From Bacillota bacterium (GTDB lineage Bacteria; Bacillota; Dethiobacteria; DTU022): 64,000 nt of DNA. Positions within the stretch are counted from its first letter, which is position 1; each line of letters starts with the position of its first letter. Both the position numbers and the translations under genes were made by a program. The DNA lies in the NCBI GenBank assembly GCA_012799185.1, contig JAAZLS010000078.1, positions 2,849-66,848 of the forward strand, read 5' to 3'. The notes under the pieces were generated by a model that searched no databases, was not told the DNA's origin, and saw nothing but the letters and a program-made list of their open reading frames with translations. Shown here in pieces: positions 49,723 through 60,874 of this stretch.

Positions 49723-50526
49723 CTAGCTCTCTTTAGGGAGGCGGATAATAACTTCATACCATTCGGGAAGATCTTGTTCCAACACCTGCGGACTAAGACC
49801 GGATTTCTCGATAATTTTTACGGCTTGATGGATAGTATTTAAAAAGATCCGTAGGTCCCTAATAACCAGCTTGCTACCCGGTGACGGAGCCGGTGGCGAA
49901 CCGGTCTCTATCTGCCGGCTGACCGCCTGTTCTAACTGCTTCACAGTAAAATCCTGAGCTACTGCTTGATTATAAAGCGTTTTTTGAAGCTCTTCTGTCG
50001 GCAATTTTAACAATGCCCGGGCATGCCTCTCGGTTATCCTACCTTCACCTATCCCCGCTTTAACCTCTGGGGGTAGCCTGAGCAGCCGGATTTTGTTGGC
50101 GATGGTCGGTTGGCTCTTTCCTAACCTTTGGGCCAATGCCTCCTGGGTATACCCGAACTCTTGCAGTAGCCGGGCATAGCCTTCAGCCTCCTCGATCAGA
50201 TTTAAATCCTCCCGCTGCAAGTTTTCAATTAAAGCCATGGCCGCCATGGCGCTTTCCCTGATATCCCTAACCACTGCCGGGATAGCTTTCCAACCCAGCC
50301 GCCGACAGGCCAACAGTCGCCGTTCACCGGCAACCAGTTGGTAGCTGTTCTTGCACCGGCGGACAATTATTGGCTGCAATAGGCCGTAGGTTCTGATTGA
50401 TTGGGCTAGCTCTCCTATTTTATCATCCGAAAAGCTGGTGCGCGGCTGGTATGGATTCCGGGCGATCTTATCTATAGCAACATTCTCTATTTTCCCGGCC
50501 CGTGAATCTTTTCCCGGTAAAGTCAT
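49723..50526 (-). CDS. noc: Nucleoid occlusion protein Noc (ParB paralog)
   Basis: ParB-like domain (LIENLQREDLNLIEEAEGY). Located between rsmG and soj, the canonical noc position. Confidence 0.8.
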   Translation of the reverse strand: MTLPGKDSRAGKIENVAIDKIARNPYQPRTSFSDDKIGELAQSIRTYGLLQPIIVRRCKNSYQLVAGERRLLACRRLGWKAIPAVVRDIRESAMAAMALIENLQREDLNLIEEAEGYARLLQEFGYTQEALAQRLGKSQPTIANKIRLLRLPPEVKAGIGEGRITERHARALLKLPTEELQKTLYNQAVAQDFTVKQLEQAVSRQIETGSPPAPSPGSKLVIRDLRIFLNTIHQAVKIIEKSGLSPQVLEQDLPEWYEVIIRLPKES

Positions 50527-50664
50527 TTTTTCACTCCAAGTTATTCTCTTAAATCACAAAACCTGTATTTTTCCGCATCCTCAAATTAACCAGGAATGCT
50601 TTACTAAAGGTAATTTGACAATAAGGCGGACAATCCTTCATCAATAGGATTTTTATAGTAATTG

Positions 50665-51348
50665 TTAAAGCTTTTCCATTATAACCAGTAGGCGCCGTTC
50701 ACCGGTAGGAAGCCGGTAAGATAATTCCTTCTTTATTCGTCCGCCTAGGCCATCTATTACCGCCTTTGCTCCGGATATCTCTTTTTCCAGGGCCGGACCC
50801 TTATAAAATACCAGCCGCCCCCCGGGAGCAGCAAAAGGAAACGCTATTTTAGCCAATTCCCTTATTGGTGCCACTGCCCGGCTAAAGAGGTAGTGAAAGG
50901 CCTCCCGGTAGCAGGGTTCACGGGCCAAGGATTCGGCCCTACCTGTTACCCCATAGGCTTTATGAAACCCTAGGCTGCGACAGGCATGTTTTACAAAATT
51001 AATTTTTCGCCGGTTTGAATCCAACAGGTAAACCGGTATCTCCGGTAAAAATATTTTCAAAGGGATTCCCGGCAACCCGGCCCCGGTTCCTAGATCCAAT
51101 AAGGGTCCCGTCTCTACCCGCATAACCGTTAACGGGTACAGGGAATCATAGAGATGTTTAAATACCAGTTTTCGGTATTCCTTATCCCCAACCAGGCTGT
51201 GGCGGCTTGAAGCCAGTTCAATTAACGATAGATAGCTTTTTAGCTTACCCAATCGTTCCGCTCCCGCCGGCAGCCCAAGCAACATTAACATCTCTTCCAG
51301 GGCCTTAATTTTTTCTTTTTCCGGTGGGGAGATCATTTCCCTAGACAA
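50665..51348 (-). CDS. rsmG: 16S rRNA (guanine527-N7)-methyltransferase
   Basis: GidB family SAM motif LLDLGTGAGLPGIPLKI. 227 aa. Confidence 0.9.
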   Translation of the reverse strand: MSREMISPPEKEKIKALEEMLMLLGLPAGAERLGKLKSYLSLIELASSRHSLVGDKEYRKLVFKHLYDSLYPLTVMRVETGPLLDLGTGAGLPGIPLKIFLPEIPVYLLDSNRRKINFVKHACRSLGFHKAYGVTGRAESLAREPCYREAFHYLFSRAVAPIRELAKIAFPFAAPGGRLVFYKGPALEKEISGAKAVIDGLGGRIKKELSYRLPTGERRLLVIMEKL

Positions 51349-52715
51349 AACTCCTTAAATATATAATCCAGCAGTTCATCGGAAACTGTATCCCCGGTAA
51401 TTTCCCCTAAATTTCCCCAGGCAGAACGGATCTCATAGCTTACCAGCTCCATGGGCTCTGTCCCCCAGGCGAGCCGGGCCCTTTGAACAGCCTCCAGCGC
51501 ACCGGTAACAGCCTCGAGATGGCGCATGGAAACCAGGAGGGGCTCCACCTCCTCTAGGGCTGGCTTATGCCCCAACAGCCCGGTGATCGCACCCTCCAGT
51601 TCCTCCAGCCCCTCCTCTTTTAGCGCGGAGATGGAAACCAGGGGGACCTCTGGATATTTTTCCGAGAGCGACCTATATTCCTCCCGGAGGCCCAAGTCCA
51701 TCTTGTTTAGGATAAAAACCGCCTTCTGATCTTCTTGCAGTAACCCGATAATTACCTCGTCCTCCTTGGTCATCGGCGAGGAGCCGTCAAATACAATCAG
51801 CAGGAGACGGGCCCGCCCGGCAACCTCCCGGGACTGCTCCACCCCGATCTGCTCCACCGGCCCAGTCGCCCCGTGAATTCCAGCCGTATCGATCAGGCGG
51901 ATGGTAAACCCTTCCAGCACTAGTAGTCCTTCCAATAGATCCCTGGTAGTACCGGGGGCTTCATGAACGATCGCCCTTTTCTGCCCCAAAAGGGCATTTA
52001 ATAAGGACGATTTGCCCACGTTTGGCTTACCAATAATTGCAGTAGCTACCCCTTCTTGGTAGATTAGCCCCCGCTCGGCCCCTTTAAGCAGCCGCTCCAC
52101 CCCTTTTTCTAGGGCTACCAACTCTTTTCCTATAAATGAAAGGTCTTGCTCCTCATTTATCTCATCGGGAAAATCTAGTCGGGCCTCTAAGTGGGCTAAA
52201 ATTACTAATGCCCGTTCCCTTAACTCTTCCACCTTGCTGGATAATATCCCCTGGACATTGGCAGTGGCAATCTTTACCGCCTTTTCAGAACGGGCCCGGA
52301 TTAACTTTAACATGCTTTCCGCCTGGCTAAGATCGATACGCCCATTTAAAAAAGCTCGCCGGGTAAACTCCCCCGGCTCCGCCAACCGGGCCCCGGCCCT
52401 AATCACCTCTTTCAAAATCATTCTTAAAACCGTCGCCCCCCCGTGGCCATTAATCTCCACCACATCTTCCCGGGTAAAGGTATGGGGAGCCTTCATAAAA
52501 GAGAGGAGAACCTCATCCAATAGTTCCCCCGCCTCATTTTTTACAAACCCATGGTAAAGATATCGATTTTTAGGATAGATGCCGCTCGGTTTTCGTGCAG
52601 GTTGAAATAATTTTTCCCCAATCCGAAAAGAGTCCGGGCCGCTCAGCCGGACAATACCGATACCGCCTTCCCCTAGGGGGGTACTAATGGCAGCAATAGT
52701 ATCTCCTCTGTTCAT
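51333..52715 (-). CDS. mnmE: tRNA modification GTPase MnmE (TrmE)
   Basis: N-terminal domain (ISTPLGEGGIGIVRLSG), G-domain GKPNVGKSSL, C-terminal CxGK (FCLGK). Confidence 0.95.
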   Translation of the reverse strand: MNRGDTIAAISTPLGEGGIGIVRLSGPDSFRIGEKLFQPARKPSGIYPKNRYLYHGFVKNEAGELLDEVLLSFMKAPHTFTREDVVEINGHGGATVLRMILKEVIRAGARLAEPGEFTRRAFLNGRIDLSQAESMLKLIRARSEKAVKIATANVQGILSSKVEELRERALVILAHLEARLDFPDEINEEQDLSFIGKELVALEKGVERLLKGAERGLIYQEGVATAIIGKPNVGKSSLLNALLGQKRAIVHEAPGTTRDLLEGLLVLEGFTIRLIDTAGIHGATGPVEQIGVEQSREVAGRARLLLIVFDGSSPMTKEDEVIIGLLQEDQKAVFILNKMDLGLREEYRSLSEKYPEVPLVSISALKEEGLEELEGAITGLLGHKPALEEVEPLLVSMRHLEAVTGALEAVQRARLAWGTEPMELVSYEIRSAWGNLGEITGDTVSDELLDYIFKEFCLGK

Positions 52716-52758
52716 TACTACTTCACTTGTCCTTGTAGCTTATTTCTACAGATTAAAA

Positions 52759-52786
52759 GGCCGCCCCCCGCTTAGGAAAGGCGGCC
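52759..52786 (-). terminator. Intrinsic terminator downstream of jag
   Basis: On the minus strand: GGCCGCC-tttcctaagcggggg-GCGGCC followed by TTTTAATCT. Confidence 0.4.
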
Positions 52787-52800
52787 ATTTTAAGGCTAAT

Positions 52801-53421
52801 TTACCTTAGTCCAATAACTATTTGCCGCCGGGGTTCTTCCCCCTTGCTGTAGGTGTAGACCTCTCCATGCTCTTTCAAAGCAAGATGAATGATCCGCCTA
52901 TCTTGGGGGGTCATCGGTTCAAGGAATACCTGGCGGCGGGTAGCCAGAACCCGTTCAGCTGCCTTCAGGGCAAGCCGGTTGAGAGTCCGTTCCCGGCGCT
53001 GCCGGTAATTCCCCACATCCATGATCACCCTTTTCCTAATCCCGGGAAACTGGCGGCGTAAGATACTGTTAACTAAATACTGCATTTCATTTAATGTTCT
53101 TCCCCGCCTGCCGATTAAGATTCCGCTGCTAGAATCATTAATCCTGACATAATAATTTTCTTCACTGCTGGTTACCTCTACCTCTCCACCCAACTCCATC
53201 AAAAACAGCATTTTCTCTATAAATTTTTGCAGGTATTCTTCCGCTTCATATCGCTTTGTCACCAACACCCGGGCATCCTTACTGCCAATAATCCCAAACA
53301 GCCCTTGGTTTGGCTCACAGAGCACCTCTATCTGCGCGTTGCTCTTTTTAATTCCCAGCTGGTCTACAGCCTTATTTACCGCCTCTTCAACTGTTCGACC
53401 GGTAACTTCCATCGCTTTCAT
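52801..53421 (-). CDS. jag: RNA-binding protein Jag/KhpB (KH and R3H domains)
   Basis: C-terminal R3H (GEVYTYSKGEEPRRQIV), KH-like central domain. Conserved position after yidC. Confidence 0.85.
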   Translation of the reverse strand: MKAMEVTGRTVEEAVNKAVDQLGIKKSNAQIEVLCEPNQGLFGIIGSKDARVLVTKRYEAEEYLQKFIEKMLFLMELGGEVEVTSSEENYYVRINDSSSGILIGRRGRTLNEMQYLVNSILRRQFPGIRKRVIMDVGNYRQRRERTLNRLALKAAERVLATRRQVFLEPMTPQDRRIIHLALKEHGEVYTYSKGEEPRRQIVIGLR

Positions 53422-54135
53422 CTATCCCCGCTTTTCCTTTCTCCTTGGTTTCTCCTTCCCTTTCACCGGCTTCGGCTTCAACTCCTCTTCGCCATTCTCC
53501 TTTCGGACGACCACGTAATGCTGCCCCAACGAAAACAGGTTGTTCATGACCCAATATAACACCAACCCCATAGGAAATTTAAAGCTTAAATAGGTGATCA
53601 GTGCTGGCATCATGTATAACATTATCTTTTGATTGGGGTCAGTCATGGTTAGCCGCTGGTGCAAAAAAGTAGTAACCCCGGATAAGATTGGAAAGATGAA
53701 ATAAGGATCGGGGGAAAGCAGATCGCCCCAGACGGTAAATGACGGAAAAATGTAGGAGCTAAAGTTAGGAATATCTAAAATGCCAAACTTGGCCGGATTA
53801 CTTAACAGCCGGAAAATACCGATTAAAATTGGAAACTGTATTAAGAGGGGAAGACAACCGGCCATAGGGTTAACCTTATTTTCCTTTAATAGCTCCATCA
53901 CCGCCTGGTTTTGCTTTTCTTTATCGTTTTTATACTTTTCTTGTAGTCTTTTGATCTCCGGCTGAACGGCTTGCATTCGTTTCGCCGATTGAATTTGCTT
54001 GTTATTAAGTGGGAAAGTAACTAACTTTACCAGTATTGTAAGGATTATAATAGCTACTGCATAATTTTGCCCACTAAAGTTCAGATAGATAAATCCCAGT
54101 GCAGTATTAAAAAAACCAGCAATCGCATCCAACAT
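53422..54135 (-). CDS. yidC: Membrane protein insertase YidC (short Firmicute SpoIIIJ/YqjG type)
   Basis: VTFPLNNKQIQSAKRMQAVQPEIKRLQEKYKND. Multi-TM C-terminal half with a basic tail. Confidence 0.9.
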   Translation of the reverse strand: MLDAIAGFFNTALGFIYLNFSGQNYAVAIIILTILVKLVTFPLNNKQIQSAKRMQAVQPEIKRLQEKYKNDKEKQNQAVMELLKENKVNPMAGCLPLLIQFPILIGIFRLLSNPAKFGILDIPNFSSYIFPSFTVWGDLLSPDPYFIFPILSGVTTFLHQRLTMTDPNQKIMLYMMPALITYLSFKFPMGLVLYWVMNNLFSLGQHYVVVRKENGEEELKPKPVKGKEKPRRKEKRG

Positions 54136-54146
54136 CGTTCTCCCCC

Positions 54147-54440
54147 TTACTCCACCGGATCATATCCGCCGGCGTGAAACGGGTGACATCGTAGCAGGCG
54201 TCTAATACCCAGGTAAGTTCCTTTTATTACTCCCCATTTTTCTACTGCCTGGTAAAAATACTCCGAACAGGAGGGGTAAAAACGGCATACCGGGGGCCCT
54301 AACGGGGAAATGAGCACCTGGTAAAACCGTAGCAAAGCTAAAATTATATTTTTAACTGCCTTTCCGCTAGTTAGTTGGAGGTAGTCAAAGCTAGGTTTGC
54401 TTTTTTGCAAATAGACCACAGCTCCTCCCGGGCCTGCCAA
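54147..54440 (-). CDS. yidD: Membrane protein insertion efficiency factor YidD
   Basis: [59 protein letters not shown]. The listed ORF overlaps rnpA by 70 bp, so the true start is probably further downstream, about 54360-54420. Confidence 0.8.
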   Translation of the reverse strand: MAGPGGAVVYLQKSKPSFDYLQLTSGKAVKNIILALLRFYQVLISPLGPPVCRFYPSCSEYFYQAVEKWGVIKGTYLGIRRLLRCHPFHAGGYDPVE

Positions 54441-54724
54441 TATCCCGTATCTACCGCCGGCTTCCGAGCCACTAAAACTAGATCGTATCCCGGTTTAATT
54501 TTTTCTTGTAGCGACCGGAATGCCTCTTTATAAATTCTTTTAATGCGATGTCGCTGCACACTTTTACCTATTTTTTTACTGATCGAAAATCCTAATCGGT
54601 GCCCCGGTTGCCGGCTCTTGCGGTAGTATACAACCACACCCCGGGATACAACAAATTTTCCCTTACGGTAAATTACTCCAAATTCCCTGCTTTTCCTAAT
54701 CCGACCCAGTATGAGGGCACCCAT
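54371..54724 (-). CDS. rnpA: Ribonuclease P protein component
   Basis: 117-aa basic protein with the RNase P protein motif ([20 protein letters not shown]...[19 protein letters not shown]). ATG overlaps the rpmH stop (ATGA). Confidence 0.9.
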   Translation of the reverse strand: MGALILGRIRKSREFGVIYRKGKFVVSRGVVVYYRKSRQPGHRLGFSISKKIGKSVQRHRIKRIYKEAFRSLQEKIKPGYDLVLVARKPAVDTGYWQAREELWSICKKANLALTTSN

Positions 54725-54858
54725 CAGGCAGTAATTTTATTTCTTGATTTTCTCCGCCGGCGCCTGATAATCGCCCTCCCCCCCCGGGTCCTCATCCGGC
54801 TTAAGAAGCCATGCCTCTTTTTTCTTCTTCTTTTTTTTGGCTGGTAAGTCCTTTTCAT
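54724..54858 (-). CDS. rpmH: 50S ribosomal protein L34
   Basis: Not in the supplied ORF table (below the 60-aa cut-off). The reverse strand encodes [44 protein letters not shown], 44 aa, a classic L34. GGAGAAGGGG RBS upstream. Confidence 0.85.
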   Translation of the reverse strand: MKRTYQPKKRRRKKRHGFLSRMRTRGGRAIIRRRRRKSRNKITA

Positions 54859-54959
54859 CTAAAGCCCCTTCTCCGTTTCTATTTCTTTCAGGGTTAAACA
54901 TAGAAAATTATACCTTAATAAGAGGGACAATGCAAGGAACCGGGAAGGAAACCGGGTAT

Positions 54960-55215
54960 TTAAAAAAATGTGGCTTAATAGAGCTATCTCGATAATACCT
55001 GATTTACCTTGAACCGGGTTCCCCCTCCTTATTAATCCCTATATTTAACCTTTTACGCACGCTGTTGGTAATTGCAGTAAAAGAAGGTTTTTGTTAATAT
55101 AAAGTGTGAAATCGATAATAGGTTGATCCTCCTTATCCACATAACACTGTTAATAACCCTTAAGATTGTTAGTAACTAATCATTTCTTCCATCCCTTAAC
55201 CTATTTATCTACAGG
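54960..55215 (+). promoter_or_regulatory. oriC upstream DnaA-box region and dnaA promoter region
   Basis: Perfect DnaA box TTATCCACA at 55133..55141. Near-consensus boxes TGTGGCTTA (54969..54977) and TTATCTACA (55205..55213). Lies between rpmH and dnaA, as in the bipartite B. subtilis origin. Confidence 0.6.
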
Positions 55216-55227
55216 GAGGTTAAGTCA

Positions 55228-56604
55228 ATGAACAACCAGCTCTCCCAAATATGGGACCTGATGTTAACAGAAATAGAAAAAAACCTAAGTCGCCCCAGCT
55301 TCGAAACCTGGCTAAAATCCACCCGCCCGGTCTCTTTAACCGGTAAAACCATTCTCATCGAAGTTCCTAATGATTTTACAAAAGATTGGCTGGAATCCAG
55401 GTATCAAAATTCAATATTAAAGATAATTAAAAACTTAACCGGTGAAAATTATAATATTCATTTTGTAATTTCCTCCAGCCTTGAACCGGAAGTAGACAAG
55501 CCGGCTGATCTGCAATTTTCGGACCCCTCCCCCCCTCCCAATGTAAAACCAAAAAATAGCTATCCTAAATCTTACCAGGGTACCCCCTTGAACCCCCGCT
55601 ATACTTTTGAGAGTTTCGTAGTCGGTAACTGTAACCGCCTTGCCCATGCCGCCTCACTAGCGGTAGCCGAGGCCCCCTCCCGGGCCTATAACCCCCTTTT
55701 TATTTATGGCGGTGTCGGCCTAGGAAAAACCCACCTCCTTCATGCCATCGGTCATTATATTGTCGACAACAATCACGGGATTAAAAAAACAACCTACATA
55801 TCAACGGAAAAATTCACTAATGATTTTATTAACTCCATTCGAGACAATAAAACCGTGGATTTCCGCAATAAATATCGCAGTGCAGATGTGCTCTTAATTG
55901 ACGACGTCCAATTTTTAGCCGGAAAAGAACAGACCCAGGAAGAGTTTTTCCACACTTTTAATACCCTTCATGAAAGCTATCGGCAGGTAGTAGTCTCCAG
56001 CGATCGCCCTCCAAAGGAGATTCCAACCCTGGAGGATCGTTTACGTTCCCGCTTTGAGTGGGGGTTAATTACCGATATTAATTCCCCTGATTTGGAAACC
56101 CGGATAGCAATTCTCAAGAAGAAGGCGACCCAGGAAAACCTAAAAATTCCCGATGATGTGATCATGTATATCGCTAATAAATTTGAAACAAATATCCGGG
56201 AACTGGAGGGGGCGTTAATTAGGATTATTGCCTATTCCTCTCTTTCCGATTCCCCGGTTACCCTAGACCTGGCCAAGGAGGCCTTAAAGGATATTATTTC
56301 TACCTTCCGTAAAAAAATAACAATTAAACAGATTTTAGAAGAGACCGCTTCCTGTTTTAATATAACCCCCCAGGAGATGAAGTCTAAAAAAAGGACCCAA
56401 ATTATAGTTTTCCCTCGCCAAGTAGCCATGTATTTAACCCGGGAATTAACAGATTCTTCATTAATAAAAATTGGCCGTGAGTTCGGCGGTCGCGATCATA
56501 CTACTGTAATTCATGCCTGTAAAAAAATTGAGGCGGAACTCTCGTCTAACAGCGAATTAAAAAACAAGCTGGCCCTTATTAAAAGCAAGCTAAAGGAAGG
56601 TTAA
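55228..56604 (+). CDS. dnaA: Chromosomal replication initiator protein DnaA
   Basis: Domain I N-terminus ([23 protein letters not shown]), AAA+ Walker [14 protein letters not shown], domain IV HTH ([32 protein letters not shown]). Confidence 0.97.
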   Translation: MNNQLSQIWDLMLTEIEKNLSRPSFETWLKSTRPVSLTGKTILIEVPNDFTKDWLESRYQNSILKIIKNLTGENYNIHFVISSSLEPEVDKPADLQFSDPSPPPNVKPKNSYPKSYQGTPLNPRYTFESFVVGNCNRLAHAASLAVAEAPSRAYNPLFIYGGVGLGKTHLLHAIGHYIVDNNHGIKKTTYISTEKFTNDFINSIRDNKTVDFRNKYRSADVLLIDDVQFLAGKEQTQEEFFHTFNTLHESYRQVVVSSDRPPKEIPTLEDRLRSRFEWGLITDINSPDLETRIAILKKKATQENLKIPDDVIMYIANKFETNIRELEGALIRIIAYSSLSDSPVTLDLAKEALKDIISTFRKKITIKQILEETASCFNITPQEMKSKKRTQIIVFPRQVAMYLTRELTDSSLIKIGREFGGRDHTTVIHACKKIEAELSSNSELKNKLALIKSKLKEG

Positions 56605-56625
56605 CTGTAACCGGTTGATTATCCG

Positions 56626-56850
56626 GTGGACAAGCTGTGGATATCTATTTTTTTTATAAACCTTGTTAACTATTATCCCGGTTATCCACAGCTTGTCCAC
56701 AAAAACGGGGGGGGACCAACCCATTATTATCAACTTTATCAACAACTCGTCTACAATATCCACCGCCATTATTACTGTTACTATTTATATCTATTAAAAT
56801 AATCATAAGCATTTATTTGTGTAGAACTAATTTAAAATCAAAGGAGGAGG
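56626..56850 (+). promoter_or_regulatory. oriC downstream DnaA-box cluster and AT-rich DNA-unwinding element (dnaA-dnaN intergenic)
   Basis: Boxes GGTGGACAA (56625..56633), TGTGGATAT (56636..56644), perfect TTATCCACA (56682..56690), TTGTCCACA (56693..56701), ATATCCACC (56756..56764). The first and second pairs form a 17-bp inverted repeat (TGGACAAGCTGTGGATA / TATCCACAGCTTGTCCA). A >75% AT stretch follows at 56766..56846. Confidence 0.7.
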
Positions 56851-56857
56851 TCTTCAA

Positions 56858-57964
56858 ATGATTTTTGATAAGAGGGAACTTCTAACCTGCCTGGAGGTAA
56901 TAGAGAAAGCGCTACCAGTACGCTCCCCGGTCTCTGTAATTAACAATATTTTTCTAAATTGCCAGGAGGAAAAGGTGCTATTTTCTGCAACCAACTTAGA
57001 GCTGGAAATAAAATACACATTACCCCATCCCGGTCAAAACAAATTCAAGGTCCTTCTTCCCCCTAGGATCGTTGATATTATTCGTTACCTTCCTGACCAA
57101 CAGGTAAAGATCTCCTGTGACCTAGAGCGCCATGGTATCAATATAACATCCGGACCGGCCAGCTATTCCCTTTATGGGGCCGATGCAGCTGAATACCCGG
57201 TTTCCTCCCTTTCAACGGAGGAATCAACCTATGTTGATATTAGCCAGGCCCGTTTAAAACAGGCCCTGCGGCAGGTCGTATTTGCCTCCTCCAACGAAGA
57301 AGGTCGCCCGGTCTTTACCGGTCTACTATTTACTTTTGATGAGACAGGGGTTACCATTACCGGCTCCGATACTTACCGGGTAGCCCTACTTAAGATGTCC
57401 GTTTCCGGTAGCCTATCTACCCCGCAGCAGGTTTTAATTCCGGCCCGGACTATCCGGGAACTGGTTAAAATATTAAACGACGTAGAGCAAACGGTAAGGA
57501 TCGGTTTTCATAAAAACCAGGTATCTTTTGACTTTCAACAGGTAAATGTAGTGGCCAAGGTCCTGGATGAAAAATTTCCCGATATTACCGGGATCATTCC
57601 ATCGGATTATAAAACAAGGGTCCAACTTCCCCGCGAGCAGTTCGAAGAGACTGTAACCCGGGCTTCCCTGTTGGCGGAGGGGATCAACCGGGCGGTCTGC
57701 CTTTCCCTTAACGGATCCAACTTACAGGTTAGTACCAGTTCCCAGGTAGGGAAAATGGAAGAGGGGCAGGCAGTCGAGGCGGAGGGAGAAGATTTTAAAA
57801 TCTATCTTAACTCCCGATTTTTATTAGAAATGATGCGGGCGGTCGACTATAAGCTCTTTAGGGCCGAGTTTAACGGTACAAATGGCCCGGTAATTTTCAG
57901 ACCGGGTGAGGAGGAGGAGGAGAATTATCTTTACCTAGTGTTACCTATAAAAATGACCTCCTGA
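56858..57964 (+). CDS. dnaN: DNA polymerase III beta subunit (sliding clamp)
   Basis: 368 aa, three-domain beta-clamp. N-terminus MIFDKRELLTCLEVIEKALP. Confidence 0.95.
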   Translation: MIFDKRELLTCLEVIEKALPVRSPVSVINNIFLNCQEEKVLFSATNLELEIKYTLPHPGQNKFKVLLPPRIVDIIRYLPDQQVKISCDLERHGINITSGPASYSLYGADAAEYPVSSLSTEESTYVDISQARLKQALRQVVFASSNEEGRPVFTGLLFTFDETGVTITGSDTYRVALLKMSVSGSLSTPQQVLIPARTIRELVKILNDVEQTVRIGFHKNQVSFDFQQVNVVAKVLDEKFPDITGIIPSDYKTRVQLPREQFEETVTRASLLAEGINRAVCLSLNGSNLQVSTSSQVGKMEEGQAVEAEGEDFKIYLNSRFLLEMMRAVDYKLFRAEFNGTNGPVIFRPGEEEEENYLYLVLPIKMTS

Positions 57965-58026
57965 TGCAGGAAGGGTATAATAGGAGAAGGGGTTAGGAAG
58001 CTGTACTGCCAACAGGAGGGTAACCG

Positions 58027-58431
58027 TTGAAACAGCTCCGCGAAATTATAAACGGCTTGCTCCAATCCCGGGGATTGTGGTCCCAGTTTAAGATCAGTGA
58101 ATTAATCTTTAATTGGGACGAAATAATCGGGGAGTCCCTATCCACGGTTACCCGGGCTACTGATTTTAACCGGGGCCGGTTAAGGGTACTGGTAGAGGAT
58201 CCGGTTTGGGGGCATCACCTATCTTTAATGAAACCCCAGATTATAGAACGCCTTAATAGGTACCTGGGTAAAAAAATAATTAAAGAGATCTATTTTCAGG
58301 TGGGCGAGGTCAAACCGGCTTCTGGAAAAAAAAAGAGGGCTGCTGCCGGCAGCCGGGAGGAACAGTTTTCCCGGGGGCAGGAGTTTAAAAATAATATTAA
58401 AAAGCTTCAAGATTTAATAGATCCCCGCTAG
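58027..58431 (+). CDS. DUF721 domain protein (DciA-like)
   Basis: 134 aa. Conserved DUF721 block GRLRVLVEDPVWGHHLSLMKPQIIERLNRYLGKKIIKEIYFQVG. TTG start with an AGGAGGG RBS. Occupies the slot between dnaN and gyrB where recF normally lies. Confidence 0.55.
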   Translation: MKQLREIINGLLQSRGLWSQFKISELIFNWDEIIGESLSTVTRATDFNRGRLRVLVEDPVWGHHLSLMKPQIIERLNRYLGKKIIKEIYFQVGEVKPASGKKKRAAAGSREEQFSRGQEFKNNIKKLQDLIDPR

Positions 58432-58473
58432 TTGGTTACCTGGCAATCATTCTTAGTTCAAGGTGGTGAGCGG

Positions 58474-58722
58474 ATGTTTATTCATATTGGCGGTTCTCGG
58501 GTAGTTTACACCAAGGATATTGTGGGAATATTTCACCTCCTGCCGGAGGAGAGGGGAATTAATAGGGAGTTTATAGAATCGTCAGCGGTAGCATTTTTTG
58601 ATCAGGAGGAGTTGGCGCGAAATAAGTCATTTATTGTCACCACCGATAGGGTGATACTATCGACAATTTCACCTTTAACCCTAGGCGAACGCAGTAAAAG
58701 TACCTTGGTGGAGGGGATGTAA
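58474..58722 (+). CDS. DUF370 family protein (YaaB/RemB-like)
   Basis: MFIHIGGSRVVYTKDIVGIFHL matches the DUF370 N-terminal signature. AAGGTGGTGA RBS 4 nt before ATG 58474; the listed ORF extends 14 codons upstream. Confidence 0.6.
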   Translation: MFIHIGGSRVVYTKDIVGIFHLLPEERGINREFIESSAVAFFDQEELARNKSFIVTTDRVILSTISPLTLGERSKSTLVEGM

Positions 58723-58870
58723 GCTTCGCCCGGTTTAACCGGCCCGTATTGCCGGTTCCTTAAACAAGAATAAAAATTATCGACCAACAATTATAAACTT
58801 TTGGGGATGGTATATACCCCGCCCATCCAGCCGAAGCGGTCCATGGATAACTGTGCTCCGGCGGGGATTG

Positions 58871-58884
58871 TGCTATAATATGTA
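58871..58884 (+). promoter_or_regulatory. Putative extended -10 promoter for gyrB
   Basis: TGcTATAAT (TGn + perfect TATAAT) about 55 bp upstream of the gyrB ATG. Confidence 0.35.
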
Positions 58885-58930
58885 AGTATGGAAGTTTAGA
58901 AAAGAAAAACAGCATTCGGGAGGATAGTGA

Positions 58931-60847
<1,917 letters not shown>

Positions 60848-60874
60848 GCATTTAAAATTATAAAGGGGATAAAT

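Noticed and set aside
56626-56701. Inverted repeat TGGACAAGCTGTGGATA / TATCCACAGCTTGTCCA considered as a transposon terminal repeat or a CRISPR-like repeat
   Set aside because: Each arm consists of DnaA boxes and the repeats lie in the dnaA-dnaN spacer. No transposase gene, no regularly spaced array and no target duplications are present. It is oriC architecture.
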